The position numbers and the translations under genes were made by a program. From positions 310,001-374,000 of the IMG/VR virus record IMGVR_UViG_3300024239_000011: a DNA stretch of 64,000 nt; one strand, 5' to 3'. Under the pieces are notes generated by a model. The model saw nothing but the letters and a program-made list of their open reading frames with translations, was not told the origin of the DNA and did not search any database. Positions 37,222 to 46,871 of the stretch are shown one piece after another. Position 1 is the stretch's first letter, and each line of letters starts with the position of its first letter.

Positions 37222-38559
37222 TTAGAACCGCATGATCTCATTCATTTTAAGAAGATCGTTACCGGTGAACTTCACCGTTACCATGGTCAGTGGTCCACCC
37301 TTCCCGCATCCAGTATCCGCGAACACAACCTTCCCGCCATTGGGGTTGGTGTAGATGTCCGGGTTTCCATCCACCGCACGGCTGTAATCGTGCCCGACAA
37401 TGGCGATCTGGTGTGCCGGAATGTTGTCCATCCAGTCATAAAGACGGGTAGGAAACTCTTTACCGGTCGCCGGATCGACAGTCTTGGTCCCATCCGTTTG
37501 ACCAAACATTGCCATGTTTTCCAACATGCCGTGTAACCGATGGGCATAACTGTTCAACATACCGGGATGAATGGCACCGTGGACGAAAGTCAGGTTACCG
37601 ATCCGCAGATGATGGCGTGCAAGACTGTACAACGCCATGAACTTACGTTCCCAGGATTGGCGCTGTTCCATCGGCAAAGCTTCGATCACGTTGAAAGTTT
37701 CACGGGTACCATGGGTGAACATGACCGTGATGTTGTCTTCAGTGCGCTCGTAACCTTCGACTTCGGCTTTCCCAAGCTGCTCGATGACCTTCTTGTATTT
37801 CCGCTCGTGATTACCCAGGATCATCATGCCGCGTCCGGTAGTCACCAAATCGTACATAAAGTCAACGGTACCCACCGGGTCGGGTCCATAGTCCACCACA
37901 TCACCCAACTGAACCACGAACAGGTTGTTCTCCTTGGCGTATTCCAAGGCATCCATCAACTGCTCAGACATATTGTGGACATCACCGATCACCGCGATAC
38001 CGGCAAACCCCTTCTCCTTGATCCACGTCAGTAAATCATAGTGATTGGGCTTTTGTACGACCACGAATTCATCGGTGCGCGCATCAACGACCAAGCGGTT
38101 CGGGGCATTATCGCCTCGAAGGATCGCCTGCTCATTTGCCTTGAATGTCTCGTGATGTGCTTCCACGAGCGTCTTGTCCTTGATAATCACACCATGACGC
38201 CACCCTTGTGTCTTCATTTTCTCGGGCAACGGGCGGTCATATACCAGATAAACCACAGGTACACCAGCATCAACGCCAATTTTAGCCGAGGATTCGCGGT
38301 CGCGCGTCTTCAGGTGCGTTGCATCAATAACGACACGTTCACCAACAGAAAGTTTCAACGCGGCACGGTGGCGCACTTCGTCAAAGACGATTTCGTTGAT
38401 ATCCTGGCGCATGTGGTCATTGACCAATTCGGCACGGATTGCGTCAGTCGAGATTACTTCATATGGACGAAAATGCTGCTCACAAAGGGTGGATTTCCCC
38501 GCACCTGATGGACCTACTAACAATACAAGTGCGTGAAGTGGAATAGATTTTACAGACAC
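37222..38559 (-). CDS. Polynucleotide kinase-phosphatase (P-loop kinase plus metallophosphoesterase)
   Basis: GPSGAGKS, STDAIR; GDVH, GDVVDYGP, GNHE, VHG, DTGCGKGG. The GTG start is a judgement call. Confidence 0.88.
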   Translation of the reverse strand: MSVKSIPLHALVLLVGPSGAGKSTLCEQHFRPYEVISTDAIRAELVNDHMRQDINEIVFDEVRHRAALKLSVGERVVIDATHLKTRDRESSAKIGVDAGVPVVYLVYDRPLPEKMKTQGWRHGVIIKDKTLVEAHHETFKANEQAILRGDNAPNRLVVDARTDEFVVVQKPNHYDLLTWIKEKGFAGIAVIGDVHNMSEQLMDALEYAKENNLFVVQLGDVVDYGPDPVGTVDFMYDLVTTGRGMMILGNHERKYKKVIEQLGKAEVEGYERTEDNITVMFTHGTRETFNVIEALPMEQRQSWERKFMALYSLARHHLRIGNLTFVHGAIHPGMLNSYAHRLHGMLENMAMFGQTDGTKTVDPATGKEFPTRLYDWMDNIPAHQIAIVGHDYSRAVDGNPDIYTNPNGGKVVFADTGCGKGGPLTMVTVKFTGNDLLKMNEIMRF

Positions 38560-38622
38560 GATACAAAACCTTTTTCTTTTCTTGGCCCTCCTTATACCGT
38601 GAACAATTTTCAAAGATCAATT

Positions 38623-38874
38623 TTAAAACTTTGTCTCATTAGCAACCCGTAGTCCCGTAGCAAGATGTTCGACTACACCGATTACCTGTCCTTTACGCAA
38701 AATTTTGTATTTTTTTTGTGCAGACATGATATTATCTAAAGTAATCCGATCACCGTTGGTGAGATAATAAACTCGTCCACCATCAGGCAATTGATCAACT
38801 TTCTCAATACCGTTAGGATACAACTTGGGCATGCATCTCGTCCGTTCTTGGTTAAGTTGATCGTACAATAACAC
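38623..38874 (-). CDS. Hypothetical protein
   Basis: ORF with RBS. Confidence 0.5.
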   Translation of the reverse strand: MLLYDQLNQERTRCMPKLYPNGIEKVDQLPDGGRVYYLTNGDRITLDNIMSAQKKYKILRKGQVIGVVEHLATGLRVANETKF

Positions 38875-38923
38875 ATTTATTCCCCTTCATAAATACTGTC
38901 GTTCTACGACAATTGAGCCGCAC

Positions 38924-39370
38924 ATGTCGAAATTCATTCCATCATTGATTGTTACGTTGTTAGTGTCGTCACCGTCCTACGGTCTGGACATTTCGGGGAA
39001 AATTACAGTTTTGGGGGAATGCCAAGCGACATATGCGCAATTGGTCATGATTTCCAATCTAACTGCCGGTTTCTTAACCATGTCTAATGCACCATCCGAA
39101 CAGGTACTCGGTTTTGCGCGTATTGGGCAGCACGCATTGGATGGGTTTGATCAAGCCGACGCAGAAGCCGAACGAATCATTGGAAATGCATCACCAAAGG
39201 ATCGAATTCGGCTTGATGTGATTAATAATCAAACTTTTCAAGAAACCACCAAGACGTGGGAAGAATTAAAAGTGTCGCTTACCACCGGGGCGTCCACCGC
39301 AACAATGTTCATGAAAAATTTGGTGGAAAAATCAAATCAGTGTGATGGTATATTGTCACAGATCGACTAA
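38924..39370 (+). CDS. Putative secreted protein
   Basis: Signal-peptide-like N-terminus; ATAAATA upstream. Confidence 0.55.
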   Translation: MSKFIPSLIVTLLVSSPSYGLDISGKITVLGECQATYAQLVMISNLTAGFLTMSNAPSEQVLGFARIGQHALDGFDQADAEAERIIGNASPKDRIRLDVINNQTFQETTKTWEELKVSLTTGASTATMFMKNLVEKSNQCDGILSQID

Positions 39371-40308
39371 GCGATATTCGCTCTGAGGCAATCATGAATA
39401 TGAATTACACCCATCACCTGATCGGCATCTACCACAATCAAGCTCGTAATGGTACGATCTGTCATCAGCTTCAGAGCATCCACCGCAAATGTATCAGGGG
39501 ACACCGTTTTAGGGTTCCGGGTCATGAAAACATCCACAGGCGTAGTCAACGGAACATGATCGATATTTCGACGGATATCCCCATCCGTGACTAGCCCTAA
39601 TAGCGTATTATCGTCATCCACCACAACCGCACACCCAAGTGCTTTTTTTCCAATGACGAGAATGGCGTCCTTCATCGTCGCGTGAATACACACTAAAGGC
39701 ATTGCTGGTCCTTGATGCATGATCTGCTTGACCAACAGCAATTCCCGCCCAAGCTTTCCACCGGGATGATAATGACCAAATTCTCGTTCGGTCAGTGTCT
39801 CGCTGTAAAGTGCCACTGCCAGCGCATCACCCAATGCTAACGACATCGTGGTTGAGGTCGTTGGTACCAATCCAAGTGGACATGCTTCGCGTTTTGGGAG
39901 GGTTAAAACGACCGTAGCTGCTGCGCCGATGGTGCTACTGGGGTTGGAAGTGATTACTACCACGGGTATCGCCCGGCGCCGACAGTAGTGCATTAGGTTG
40001 AACATTTCCCCGGTTTCGCCGGAATTCGAAATCCCAATGACCGCATCGCCCGGTTGGATCATCCCCATATCACCGTGGTTCGCCTCGGCGGGATGAACGA
40101 AGACCGCCGGTTTCCCTACTGATGATAATGTGGCCGCAATCTTACGGGCAATATGCCCGCTTTTGCCCATACCGGTAACGATTATTCGCCCACTCACTCC
40201 GGTAAGAACTTCACAGGCAGAAGTAAACCTTCCATCAAGGGTATTCGCCAGTTCTTGAATACCATCAGCTTCTTCTTTTAGTGTACGCTTTGCAATGTCG
40301 ATATACAT
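39367..40308 (-). CDS. kpsF: KpsF/GutQ arabinose-5-phosphate isomerase (SIS plus 2 CBS)
   Basis: VTGMGKSGHIARK, HPAEANHGDMG, SNSGET, PTTSTT, HPGGKLG, CBS pair. GAGGTG RBS before MYIDI. Confidence 0.93.
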   Translation of the reverse strand: MYIDIAKRTLKEEADGIQELANTLDGRFTSACEVLTGVSGRIIVTGMGKSGHIARKIAATLSSVGKPAVFVHPAEANHGDMGMIQPGDAVIGISNSGETGEMFNLMHYCRRRAIPVVVITSNPSSTIGAAATVVLTLPKREACPLGLVPTTSTTMSLALGDALAVALYSETLTEREFGHYHPGGKLGRELLLVKQIMHQGPAMPLVCIHATMKDAILVIGKKALGCAVVVDDDNTLLGLVTDGDIRRNIDHVPLTTPVDVFMTRNPKTVSPDTFAVDALKLMTDRTITSLIVVDADQVMGVIHIHDCLRANIA

Positions 40309-40348
40309 ATATTTCACCTCAATACATGAACATATACATACTGCTGAC

Positions 40349-40377
40349 TTGACATGCGGACAATTATTTTCTATACT
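40349..40377 (+). promoter_or_regulatory. Sigma70-type promoter
   Basis: TTGACA-17-TATACT. Confidence 0.7.
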
Positions 40378-40402
40378 GGTTAAAGTCAAGGAGAAAATCC
40401 CC

Positions 40403-40621
40403 ATGCGTTCAATTACCAAAGCCGACGTGGAACACTATTACGGCGGGATGGTTATGACGATGGCACGTTCGTTGGCAACCAAACCGTGGGATGATTTGAC
40501 TTTTAGATCGCGTCAGCGGCTTTTGAACAAAGCAGTAAAAGCACTTCATGCCATGCTCAATAACAAAGAGTGCGTGAGTGCATTGTTCACGTTTACCAGG
40601 GATCGTCTTACCAATAAGTAG
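40403..40621 (+). CDS. Hypothetical protein
   Basis: Has a promoter, AAGGAG RBS and downstream hairpin. Confidence 0.6.
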   Translation: MRSITKADVEHYYGGMVMTMARSLATKPWDDLTFRSRQRLLNKAVKALHAMLNNKECVSALFTFTRDRLTNK

Positions 40622-40661
40622 AAGGGAGCTTACGCCCCCTTCTGCCTACGGAAACCCTAGT

Positions 40662-41057
40662 TTATTCAGCAGCCGCCCCAAGGCGAGCCGCCTCCCGTTG
40701 TTCGTGTGCCATTTCCTTAGCGAAGAAGCGCAGGAACATCAGGTTGCGGGCACGATCCCGAAGGTTCTGACGTTCGATAGCAGCCCAAGAATCGTAGTCC
40801 GGATTAATCCCGATGTTCTTCTTGGTGGTCTGCGCCCGTTCACCCATGATAGTCTTGATCACTTCCCACAGGCACTTCTTGCGCTTACCCTTACAGGCGC
40901 GGATTTCCTGATTGATCTCAGCCAAATCCGCCTTCCAAGCCTTCAGCCACGCAAGGTACTGATCCTTGTTGGTAAAATCGAGCGCCTTACGTGCAGCTTC
41001 ACGCTCATAGGTTTCGTTGAAAGCGGTACCGAAAATCTGAGTGAAAGTCTTTAACAT
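40662..41057 (-). CDS. Hypothetical protein
   Basis: GGAG RBS; FTNKDQYLAW..WK motif. Confidence 0.65.
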   Translation of the reverse strand: MLKTFTQIFGTAFNETYEREAARKALDFTNKDQYLAWLKAWKADLAEINQEIRACKGKRKKCLWEVIKTIMGERAQTTKKNIGINPDYDSWAAIERQNLRDRARNLMFLRFFAKEMAHEQREAARLGAAAE

Positions 41058-41114
41058 GATACTTCTCCATTCTGTGCGGCATCTTGCCGCGATTGATTAA
41101 CCCACCATTGGGTT

Positions 41115-41495
41115 TTACTGGGTGAACTCTTTCGTGAGTTCTTCAAACTGACGACGGCGCTCTTCTTTTTTACGAGCTTCTTCCGCCGACCGCTTGTTTT
41201 CTTCTTCAAGTTGAAGCTGGAATTCAGCTTCTTCGCACTCTCCGAAGTATTCCTTCCGGGCATCCTCATTCCATAACAGGTCAGCATTGATGTATTCGTA
41301 GTCAATGTCGTTGCAGCATCCGCACCGCGCACTGTTGTAACTGAATTCAATCATCCCATTGTTGAATTTGATGCCTTCAAGCTTCCATTTGTGGTAGCCC
41401 ATGGCTGCAAGACGACGTTCCGCAAGTTGTTCGGCCAACATGTAGATGTCGTCCAGAATTTCAGCCGCAGCCTTAATCTGTTCATTAGTCGCCAT
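41115..41495 (-). CDS. Hypothetical protein
   Basis: CGCC motif and coiled-coil tail. Confidence 0.6.
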   Translation of the reverse strand: MATNEQIKAAAEILDDIYMLAEQLAERRLAAMGYHKWKLEGIKFNNGMIEFSYNSARCGCCNDIDYEYINADLLWNEDARKEYFGECEEAEFQLQLEEENKRSAEEARKKEERRRQFEELTKEFTQ

Positions 41496-41496
41496 G

Positions 41497-42021
41497 TTAG
41501 ATGCTCCCCGCCAGACGCGCCGCGTCTTCCAACCGACGCGCCACTTCATCGTTGATGTACTGGTTGATCCCACTAACCATTTTCTTGTCGATAATGTCCT
41601 TGATCTGCGATTCAATGTGACGTTGAACCATGCTGGCACGCTCTTCGATCTTACCAGCCGCCTCATTCACATTCCGGTGGACTTCCTGGCGGGCGAGGTT
41701 GATCAGGTCGTGTTCATCAACCGCCGCTTTCGCCATCGCTTTGATCTCAGCCTGAATTTCCGGGTTGAGGACAAACTTCTTCTGGTTCGAATATCCACCC
41801 TTGATCTGTTCCCAACGACCGAACAACCCGAGGACTTCTTCTTCGAACTGCTTGCGAACGGTTTCATCAATCAGACGCTTGGTATCGTCATTGAGGAAAA
41901 TCTTATGGCTCGCAGCAGCAGCCGAGATTACGGCTCGGCGCATTTCCAGCTTGAATTCCTCGCCTTCAGAAGCGATGAAGTGGTTGAGAGCTTTGGTATC
42001 CAGAGTGATTTGAATGGTCAT
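41497..42021 (-). CDS. Hypothetical helical protein
   Basis: GAGGA RBS, coding bias. Confidence 0.65.
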   Translation of the reverse strand: MTIQITLDTKALNHFIASEGEEFKLEMRRAVISAAAASHKIFLNDDTKRLIDETVRKQFEEEVLGLFGRWEQIKGGYSNQKKFVLNPEIQAEIKAMAKAAVDEHDLINLARQEVHRNVNEAAGKIEERASMVQRHIESQIKDIIDKKMVSGINQYINDEVARRLEDAARLAGSI

Positions 42022-42036
42022 GATGCGATCCTCTTT

Positions 42037-42480
42037 TTACTTGGCAGTGAAACGGATGTTGCGAGAGCGATACTTGTCAACGACGCCGCTAAGGCTGTTC
42101 GGGTTCGGTTGGTTGGCATCGAGCCACCCGTCCCAATCGAGAACCACCGGCAGAGCCTCGGCGTTGCGAGCGTCGTAGATGCGGAAGGCGAGGTCGGGGC
42201 GGGATTTCGACCAGCTTTCCAAGTCGCGCTGCGCCATCGCCAAACCGTCCACCTTAAACTTGCCACCGAAATTCGACGTGGCATTGTCGGACGACCAGTT
42301 GAACTGGACGAACGCGGGGGACAGACCGAGCGAGAACGAGTTCTCAACCGTACCGTAGAACCGCTGTTCTTCCGCCGACCACCCGAGAACGACGTAGCCG
42401 GGCAGTGCCATCAGGCGTTCGTCACGCTCATTGAACGAGCGAAGCGGGGGAAGACCCTTGATGGTGATGTGTTCGGACAT
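42037..42480 (-). CDS. Hypothetical protein
   Basis: GGAGG RBS. Confidence 0.65.
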   Translation of the reverse strand: MSEHITIKGLPPLRSFNERDERLMALPGYVVLGWSAEEQRFYGTVENSFSLGLSPAFVQFNWSSDNATSNFGGKFKVDGLAMAQRDLESWSKSRPDLAFRIYDARNAEALPVVLDWDGWLDANQPNPNSLSGVVDKYRSRNIRFTAK

Positions 42481-42497
42481 GACTGATCCTCCCCGGC

Positions 42498-42884
42498 TTA
42501 CAGCGAGCTAAAACGCTTGGTGATGTGATGTATGTCAGACCGGCGTGCGGGACCGATACCCAGCGCGGTGATGATGGGGTTGCCATCAAAATGCGGGGGT
42601 AGGATATGACCGCTATCGGTGATGAGGGCGCAGGGCAGCCCAGCCCGTTCCGCTTCTTCCTTGGCGCGGAGAAGCTGGTTCAGGTTCTTGGCTTTCAAAA
42701 CACATTTCGTTCCGTGCCGATCCCCCAAATATTCAGTCGCATGACTTGGGGTTTCCGCGTGGGCTTTGAGGAACGTATCAAGAAAAGCATGTCCGCATTG
42801 CGCAGCAGCTTTGCCCGGCGGCATATCAAGATCGCCGCGAATAATGGCATACAATCGAAGGGTGGGATCAGGAATCTACGACAT
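42498..42884 (-). CDS. Peptidyl-tRNA hydrolase, PTH2 type, with in-frame TAG at codon 3
   Basis: LYAIIRGDLDMPPGKAAAQCGHA..KCVLKA..ITDSG..TALGIGP. GGAG RBS then ATG TCG TAG ATT CCT GAT. Confidence 0.85.
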
Positions 42885-42965
42885 GGTACATACTCCAAGT
42901 TCTTAGGGTTTAGACATAAGTTCTTTGCTTTTAGATAAATAATTTATCAGGCAAGGAACTACTCA

Positions 42966-43646
42966 ATGTACGATACGTCAGAACACTATTTTGTGTATAT
43001 TTTGCTTAATCCGTTAAAAGACTATCTTCCATTTTACGTTGGTAAAGGGTCGCGGAACCGCATAAAAGAACATCTTTGGGAGACAGCAGAAACAACGTCG
43101 AATCGCCACAAATTCAATACTGTAAAGAAAATCCTCGCTTCCGGATTTGATGAAATACCATTCGTTAAATGGATCGACGGTATTGACGAAGAAACTGCAT
43201 ATAGAATTGAAGAAGTTTTAATTCGATGGTATGGGCGACGGGTAGACGGGGGGATTTTAACGAACTTGTCATTATCGCAACGCCCGCCGTCACGTTTTGG
43301 TATGACACACTCAGATGAAACTAAATGTCTTATATCCAAAAACCGCAAGGGGAAAGGACGAGGTTCCCCGTCAGCAGAACACCGTCGTAAAATTGCAGTC
43401 GCTTTGAAGGGGAAACCTAAATCGCCCGAAACAATCGAAAAACGACGCGAGACGATGAAGGCAAAATCAGAGGAAGAGATTGAAAACATGCGCACCAAAA
43501 TGCGACATGCTCGTTCCGAACAAATTTTCACAGCCGAATCCAACCGCAAACGCGCATTGGCGAATACGGGGAAAAAACGGTCTGAAGAAACAAAACGGAA
43601 AATTTCGGAAGCACTAAAACGGCGACATGCGGAAATGCCAACCTGA
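42966..43646 (+). mobile_element. Free-standing GIY-YIG-like homing endonuclease with NUMOD3 repeats
   Basis: YFVYILL..PFYVGKG..RIKEH; repeats HSDETK, KSPET, RSEETKRKISEAL. Preceded by late promoter ATAAATA in hairpin 42919-42960. Confidence 0.85.
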
Positions 43647-43654
43647 ATTGTGCA

Positions 43655-43795
43655 GTGCCCGGCTTGTGATGCTGTCTTTCCACTACTCATGTCAAGGTCG
43701 CCACGAGCAATGGCGTAGAGACGCAGGGTGGGATCGCCACCCAGATTAGGGATCGAAGTAGAAATCTACGTGTCAGCGGCACTGATATGGGTCAT
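43655..43795 (-). pseudogene. Orphaned 5' fragment of pth
   Basis: GGAGG RBS, then MTHISAADT*ISTSIPNLGGDPTLRLYAIARGDLDMSSGKTASQAGH, which breaks off at the endonuclease 3' end. Confidence 0.8.
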
Positions 43796-43847
43796 AGGAA
43801 CCTCCGGTTTTCGATAATCCTATTTATAAACACCTGAGTTATGGGTG

Positions 43848-44213
43848 TCAATAGATTTTTTCTTCTTTCCGGTACCATTCCAGTTTAAAGCGGGCAGCCT
43901 CAAGTTTTTTCTCGAAACGAAAAGTCAATGTAATGCTTCGGTCCTTGTTTTCATCGACCGACACATAGGACCGCCCTCGGGTGTTCTTCCGCAGCCAGTC
44001 CTTCATGATTGAAATGTCTTCGCGGTAGCCAATTCCGGCTTTAATTCGGACGACGTACTTGCACGTCTTGTATATTTCTTCCGTTATCTCGTGTGGAGTT
44101 TTCTGTTCCGCAAGGATATTCCCTTTGGTTTTGACAACCAACACGATGAAAGAGAACAGAATAATCACATAACCAATTGCGAACAAAGGTCCGGTAAACG
44201 AATCCAGCCACAT
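43848..44213 (-). CDS. Membrane-anchored hypothetical protein (F..A..FKL.W family)
   Basis: N-terminal TM helix; FRFEKKLEAARFKLEW. Confidence 0.6.
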   Translation of the reverse strand: MWLDSFTGPLFAIGYVIILFSFIVLVVKTKGNILAEQKTPHEITEEIYKTCKYVVRIKAGIGYREDISIMKDWLRKNTRGRSYVSVDENKDRSITLTFRFEKKLEAARFKLEWYRKEEKIY

Positions 44214-44263
44214 ATGTAGTTCTCACAAAGGGTTGGGGTGGGCGAACCCACCCCGTCCCGTAT

Positions 44264-46681
44264 TTACGCCTCTGCCATCTTCTGGATGGTCGCATAGTCG
44301 GTCTTGCCGGTGCCCAGCAACGGGATGGCATCGACCACCTTGATCACCGCCGGAACCGACAGGGCACTGATGCCCTTACTCTTGGCATCTTCCGCCAAGG
44401 CAGCGCGGTTCGCATCCGGATTGGTCGTGAAGAGGACCAACTGTTCGCCCTTCTTCTCGTCCTTGATAGCGACCACGGCGTGCTGGTGTTGTACCCACAG
44501 CGCCGATACCTGGGTTTCGACGGCGGTCAACGACACCATTTCGCCCGCGATCTTGGCGAACCGCTTGGCACGCCCGCGAATGGTGATGAAACCCTGATCG
44601 TCCAGGCTCACCATGTCGCCGGTATCATACCAGCCATCCTCGGGCTGCTGGATGACGCCGGGGTTGTCCGCCTTGAGATAACCCAGCATGACGTTCGGAC
44701 CCCGGACGATCAGGCGGAAAGCATCCTCGACGCCGGGCACCGTGACCAACTTGTAGTCGATCAGGGGCATCAGGCGCCCAACAGTCCCGGAGCGATAGTG
44801 CATCGGGGTGTTGGTGGCGATGACAGGGGCGCATTCGGTCGCGCCGTAGCCCTCGTAGATCGCCCGCTGGAACTTCTCCATGTAGAGCGCGCGAGTGCTG
44901 TCCTTGACCTTCTCAGCGCCCGCAAAGATGTAGCGGATGCTGCGGAAATCATAGGGGTGCGCTTGCTTGGCGTAGCCGTTCAGGAACGTGTCCGTACCAA
45001 ACATGATGGTCACGTTGCGGTCATAGACCAGTTCCGGGATGACTTTGTAGTTCAAAGGGTTCGGGAACAGGAACACCTTGATGCCATTCAGGAACGGCAA
45101 TAGCGTGCCCGCCGTCAGACCAAAGCTGTGGAACATGGGCAGAGCGTTCAGTACGATGTCCTGCGGCGAGAAATCGACCGAGGCAGCCAACTGGTACATG
45201 TTGGATAGCAGGTTCTTGTGCGACAGTACGACGCCCTTCGGGACGCCCTCCGACCCACTGGTGAAAATCACAACCGCCGGGGTATGCGCGGTCAGGTCTT
45301 CGCTGTCATGCAGACTATACGGGGGACGTGTTGCATCATAGTGAATCGCACGGGCATCGGTATAGTCCAAGAATTTACCACGCAACTTGGCGATCAGCCC
45401 GATATTAGCACCGATATCTTCGAGGTAGACCACGTTGACGCCATTCAGTGAATCGTTCTCACCGTTTTCCAACCCCTTGATCACGTCCTGAAGCTTCGCC
45501 TGTTCAACGAAGAACCGGCTGGTGATCACGGTCTTGATCTCCGCTGCTCGGATTGACGCCTGAATATTGCGCAACCCGGTACTGAAATTCAACATGGCGG
45601 GCACACGACCGAACGCCTGAAGGGCAAAGAACGTTACGGCAGTCTTGATGCTGTTGGGCAGCAAAACACCGATAAATTCACCCTGGTTGGTAAACTGGCT
45701 CAATTGACGACCTAGAACCAGTGTCCCCACAATGAAATTCTTGTAGGTTATCGCGGTGATTTCCTTGGTCGTAGGGTCGATGTTTTCCGCAATCACGGTC
45801 TTTTCGCCGTAGGATGCCGATGCATCAAGCAAACCTTCATACAACGTTTGATCAGCACGATCAGTGGCAGCCATCATGGCAACCATTTCATCGTACAGCC
45901 AATTACCAATGGCAATGCGGCGGGTTTTGCCACGCATCGGTACATGACCCGTACCATCACACCGCTCGCATAGGCGACGGTTGTCACCCGGATACAAACC
46001 AGATGCAAAAATGATATCACCGTCGCCATCGCATACAGGGCATTGCTGCTGCCCGATATTGACCTTACGGGGCGGAAGCATGGTCATTTCGAACGGATGC
46101 CCATAATGTACTGGGTTCCGCCCGCGCAGCCGCGACAATGGCGTGAAATGGACACCTTCCAGACGGATGGGGACAATGTTGGCATCCGCTTTATCCGCGA
46201 TCATACCGGGACCGTCGTAAACCTTCATCAGACCATTGGTGACAGTCAATCGTCCCTCTGGAAAAATCACAACCGGCTTGCCGTCCTTAACCAGATTGAC
46301 GAGCGCCTTGATCGCCATTGGGTTGCGTGTGTCGAGGGTCACACAGTTGAAAAACGGCATAACCAATTGCATCCACCACCACTTCGACGCACCAAGATTA
46401 ACGGCGAACGTCGGGTTCCCCGGAATGTAGGTGGCGAGGATGGCAGCATCCACGAAGCTGACATGATTGGCGATATAGATGACGCGATCCCCGGCGAGTT
46501 TGGCGTTTTCCAGCCCCTTCACCGTGATGTTGTTGTGCAGAGCAAAGACAATACGCAAACCCAGACGAACAAAAGGACCGCCGATTTTCTTCAGCACGGC
46601 AAACCACATGTCGATCATACACCGCAACATGTGGTCGATCATCCAGTTATAGACAGTGTTTTTAATCTCACGATCAGTCAT
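44264..46681 (-). CDS. aas: Bifunctional acyltransferase / acyl-ACP synthetase (Aas-like)
   Basis: PlsC motifs ANHVSFVD and IFPEGR; AMP-binding FTSGSEGVPKG, YEGYGATE, WYDTGD, GKTDY. Confidence 0.92.
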   Translation of the reverse strand: MTDREIKNTVYNWMIDHMLRCMIDMWFAVLKKIGGPFVRLGLRIVFALHNNITVKGLENAKLAGDRVIYIANHVSFVDAAILATYIPGNPTFAVNLGASKWWWMQLVMPFFNCVTLDTRNPMAIKALVNLVKDGKPVVIFPEGRLTVTNGLMKVYDGPGMIADKADANIVPIRLEGVHFTPLSRLRGRNPVHYGHPFEMTMLPPRKVNIGQQQCPVCDGDGDIIFASGLYPGDNRRLCERCDGTGHVPMRGKTRRIAIGNWLYDEMVAMMAATDRADQTLYEGLLDASASYGEKTVIAENIDPTTKEITAITYKNFIVGTLVLGRQLSQFTNQGEFIGVLLPNSIKTAVTFFALQAFGRVPAMLNFSTGLRNIQASIRAAEIKTVITSRFFVEQAKLQDVIKGLENGENDSLNGVNVVYLEDIGANIGLIAKLRGKFLDYTDARAIHYDATRPPYSLHDSEDLTAHTPAVVIFTSGSEGVPKGVVLSHKNLLSNMYQLAASVDFSPQDIVLNALPMFHSFGLTAGTLLPFLNGIKVFLFPNPLNYKVIPELVYDRNVTIMFGTDTFLNGYAKQAHPYDFRSIRYIFAGAEKVKDSTRALYMEKFQRAIYEGYGATECAPVIATNTPMHYRSGTVGRLMPLIDYKLVTVPGVEDAFRLIVRGPNVMLGYLKADNPGVIQQPEDGWYDTGDMVSLDDQGFITIRGRAKRFAKIAGEMVSLTAVETQVSALWVQHQHAVVAIKDEKKGEQLVLFTTNPDANRAALAEDAKSKGISALSVPAVIKVVDAIPLLGTGKTDYATIQKMAEA

Positions 46682-46871
46682 GAAGGCAATCCTGCGGCAG
46701 GTTAAGAGGTGAGTTTTAACGAACACCATCCCAACTAGCAAGACCTTAAATATGGCTTTTGCACTTGTTCCTATGGTAAATAAGGTTCGCCGCTGATGCT
46801 CAAACCACACCATAGGCAGGGCATGGTGGCACCCTCACAACCTCCAAACTACACCAAGCAGGAGAGAGTTT

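Noticed and set aside
42900-43654. Group I intron in pth (or in thyA)
   Set aside because: The endonucleases are antisense to the host genes, the pth 5' end is duplicated rather than spliced, and thyA is uninterrupted.
46770-46835. Fluoride or other riboswitch upstream of the membrane protein
   Set aside because: Short inverted repeats exist, but I could not match a known aptamer consensus. More simply explained as a TAAATA promoter region.
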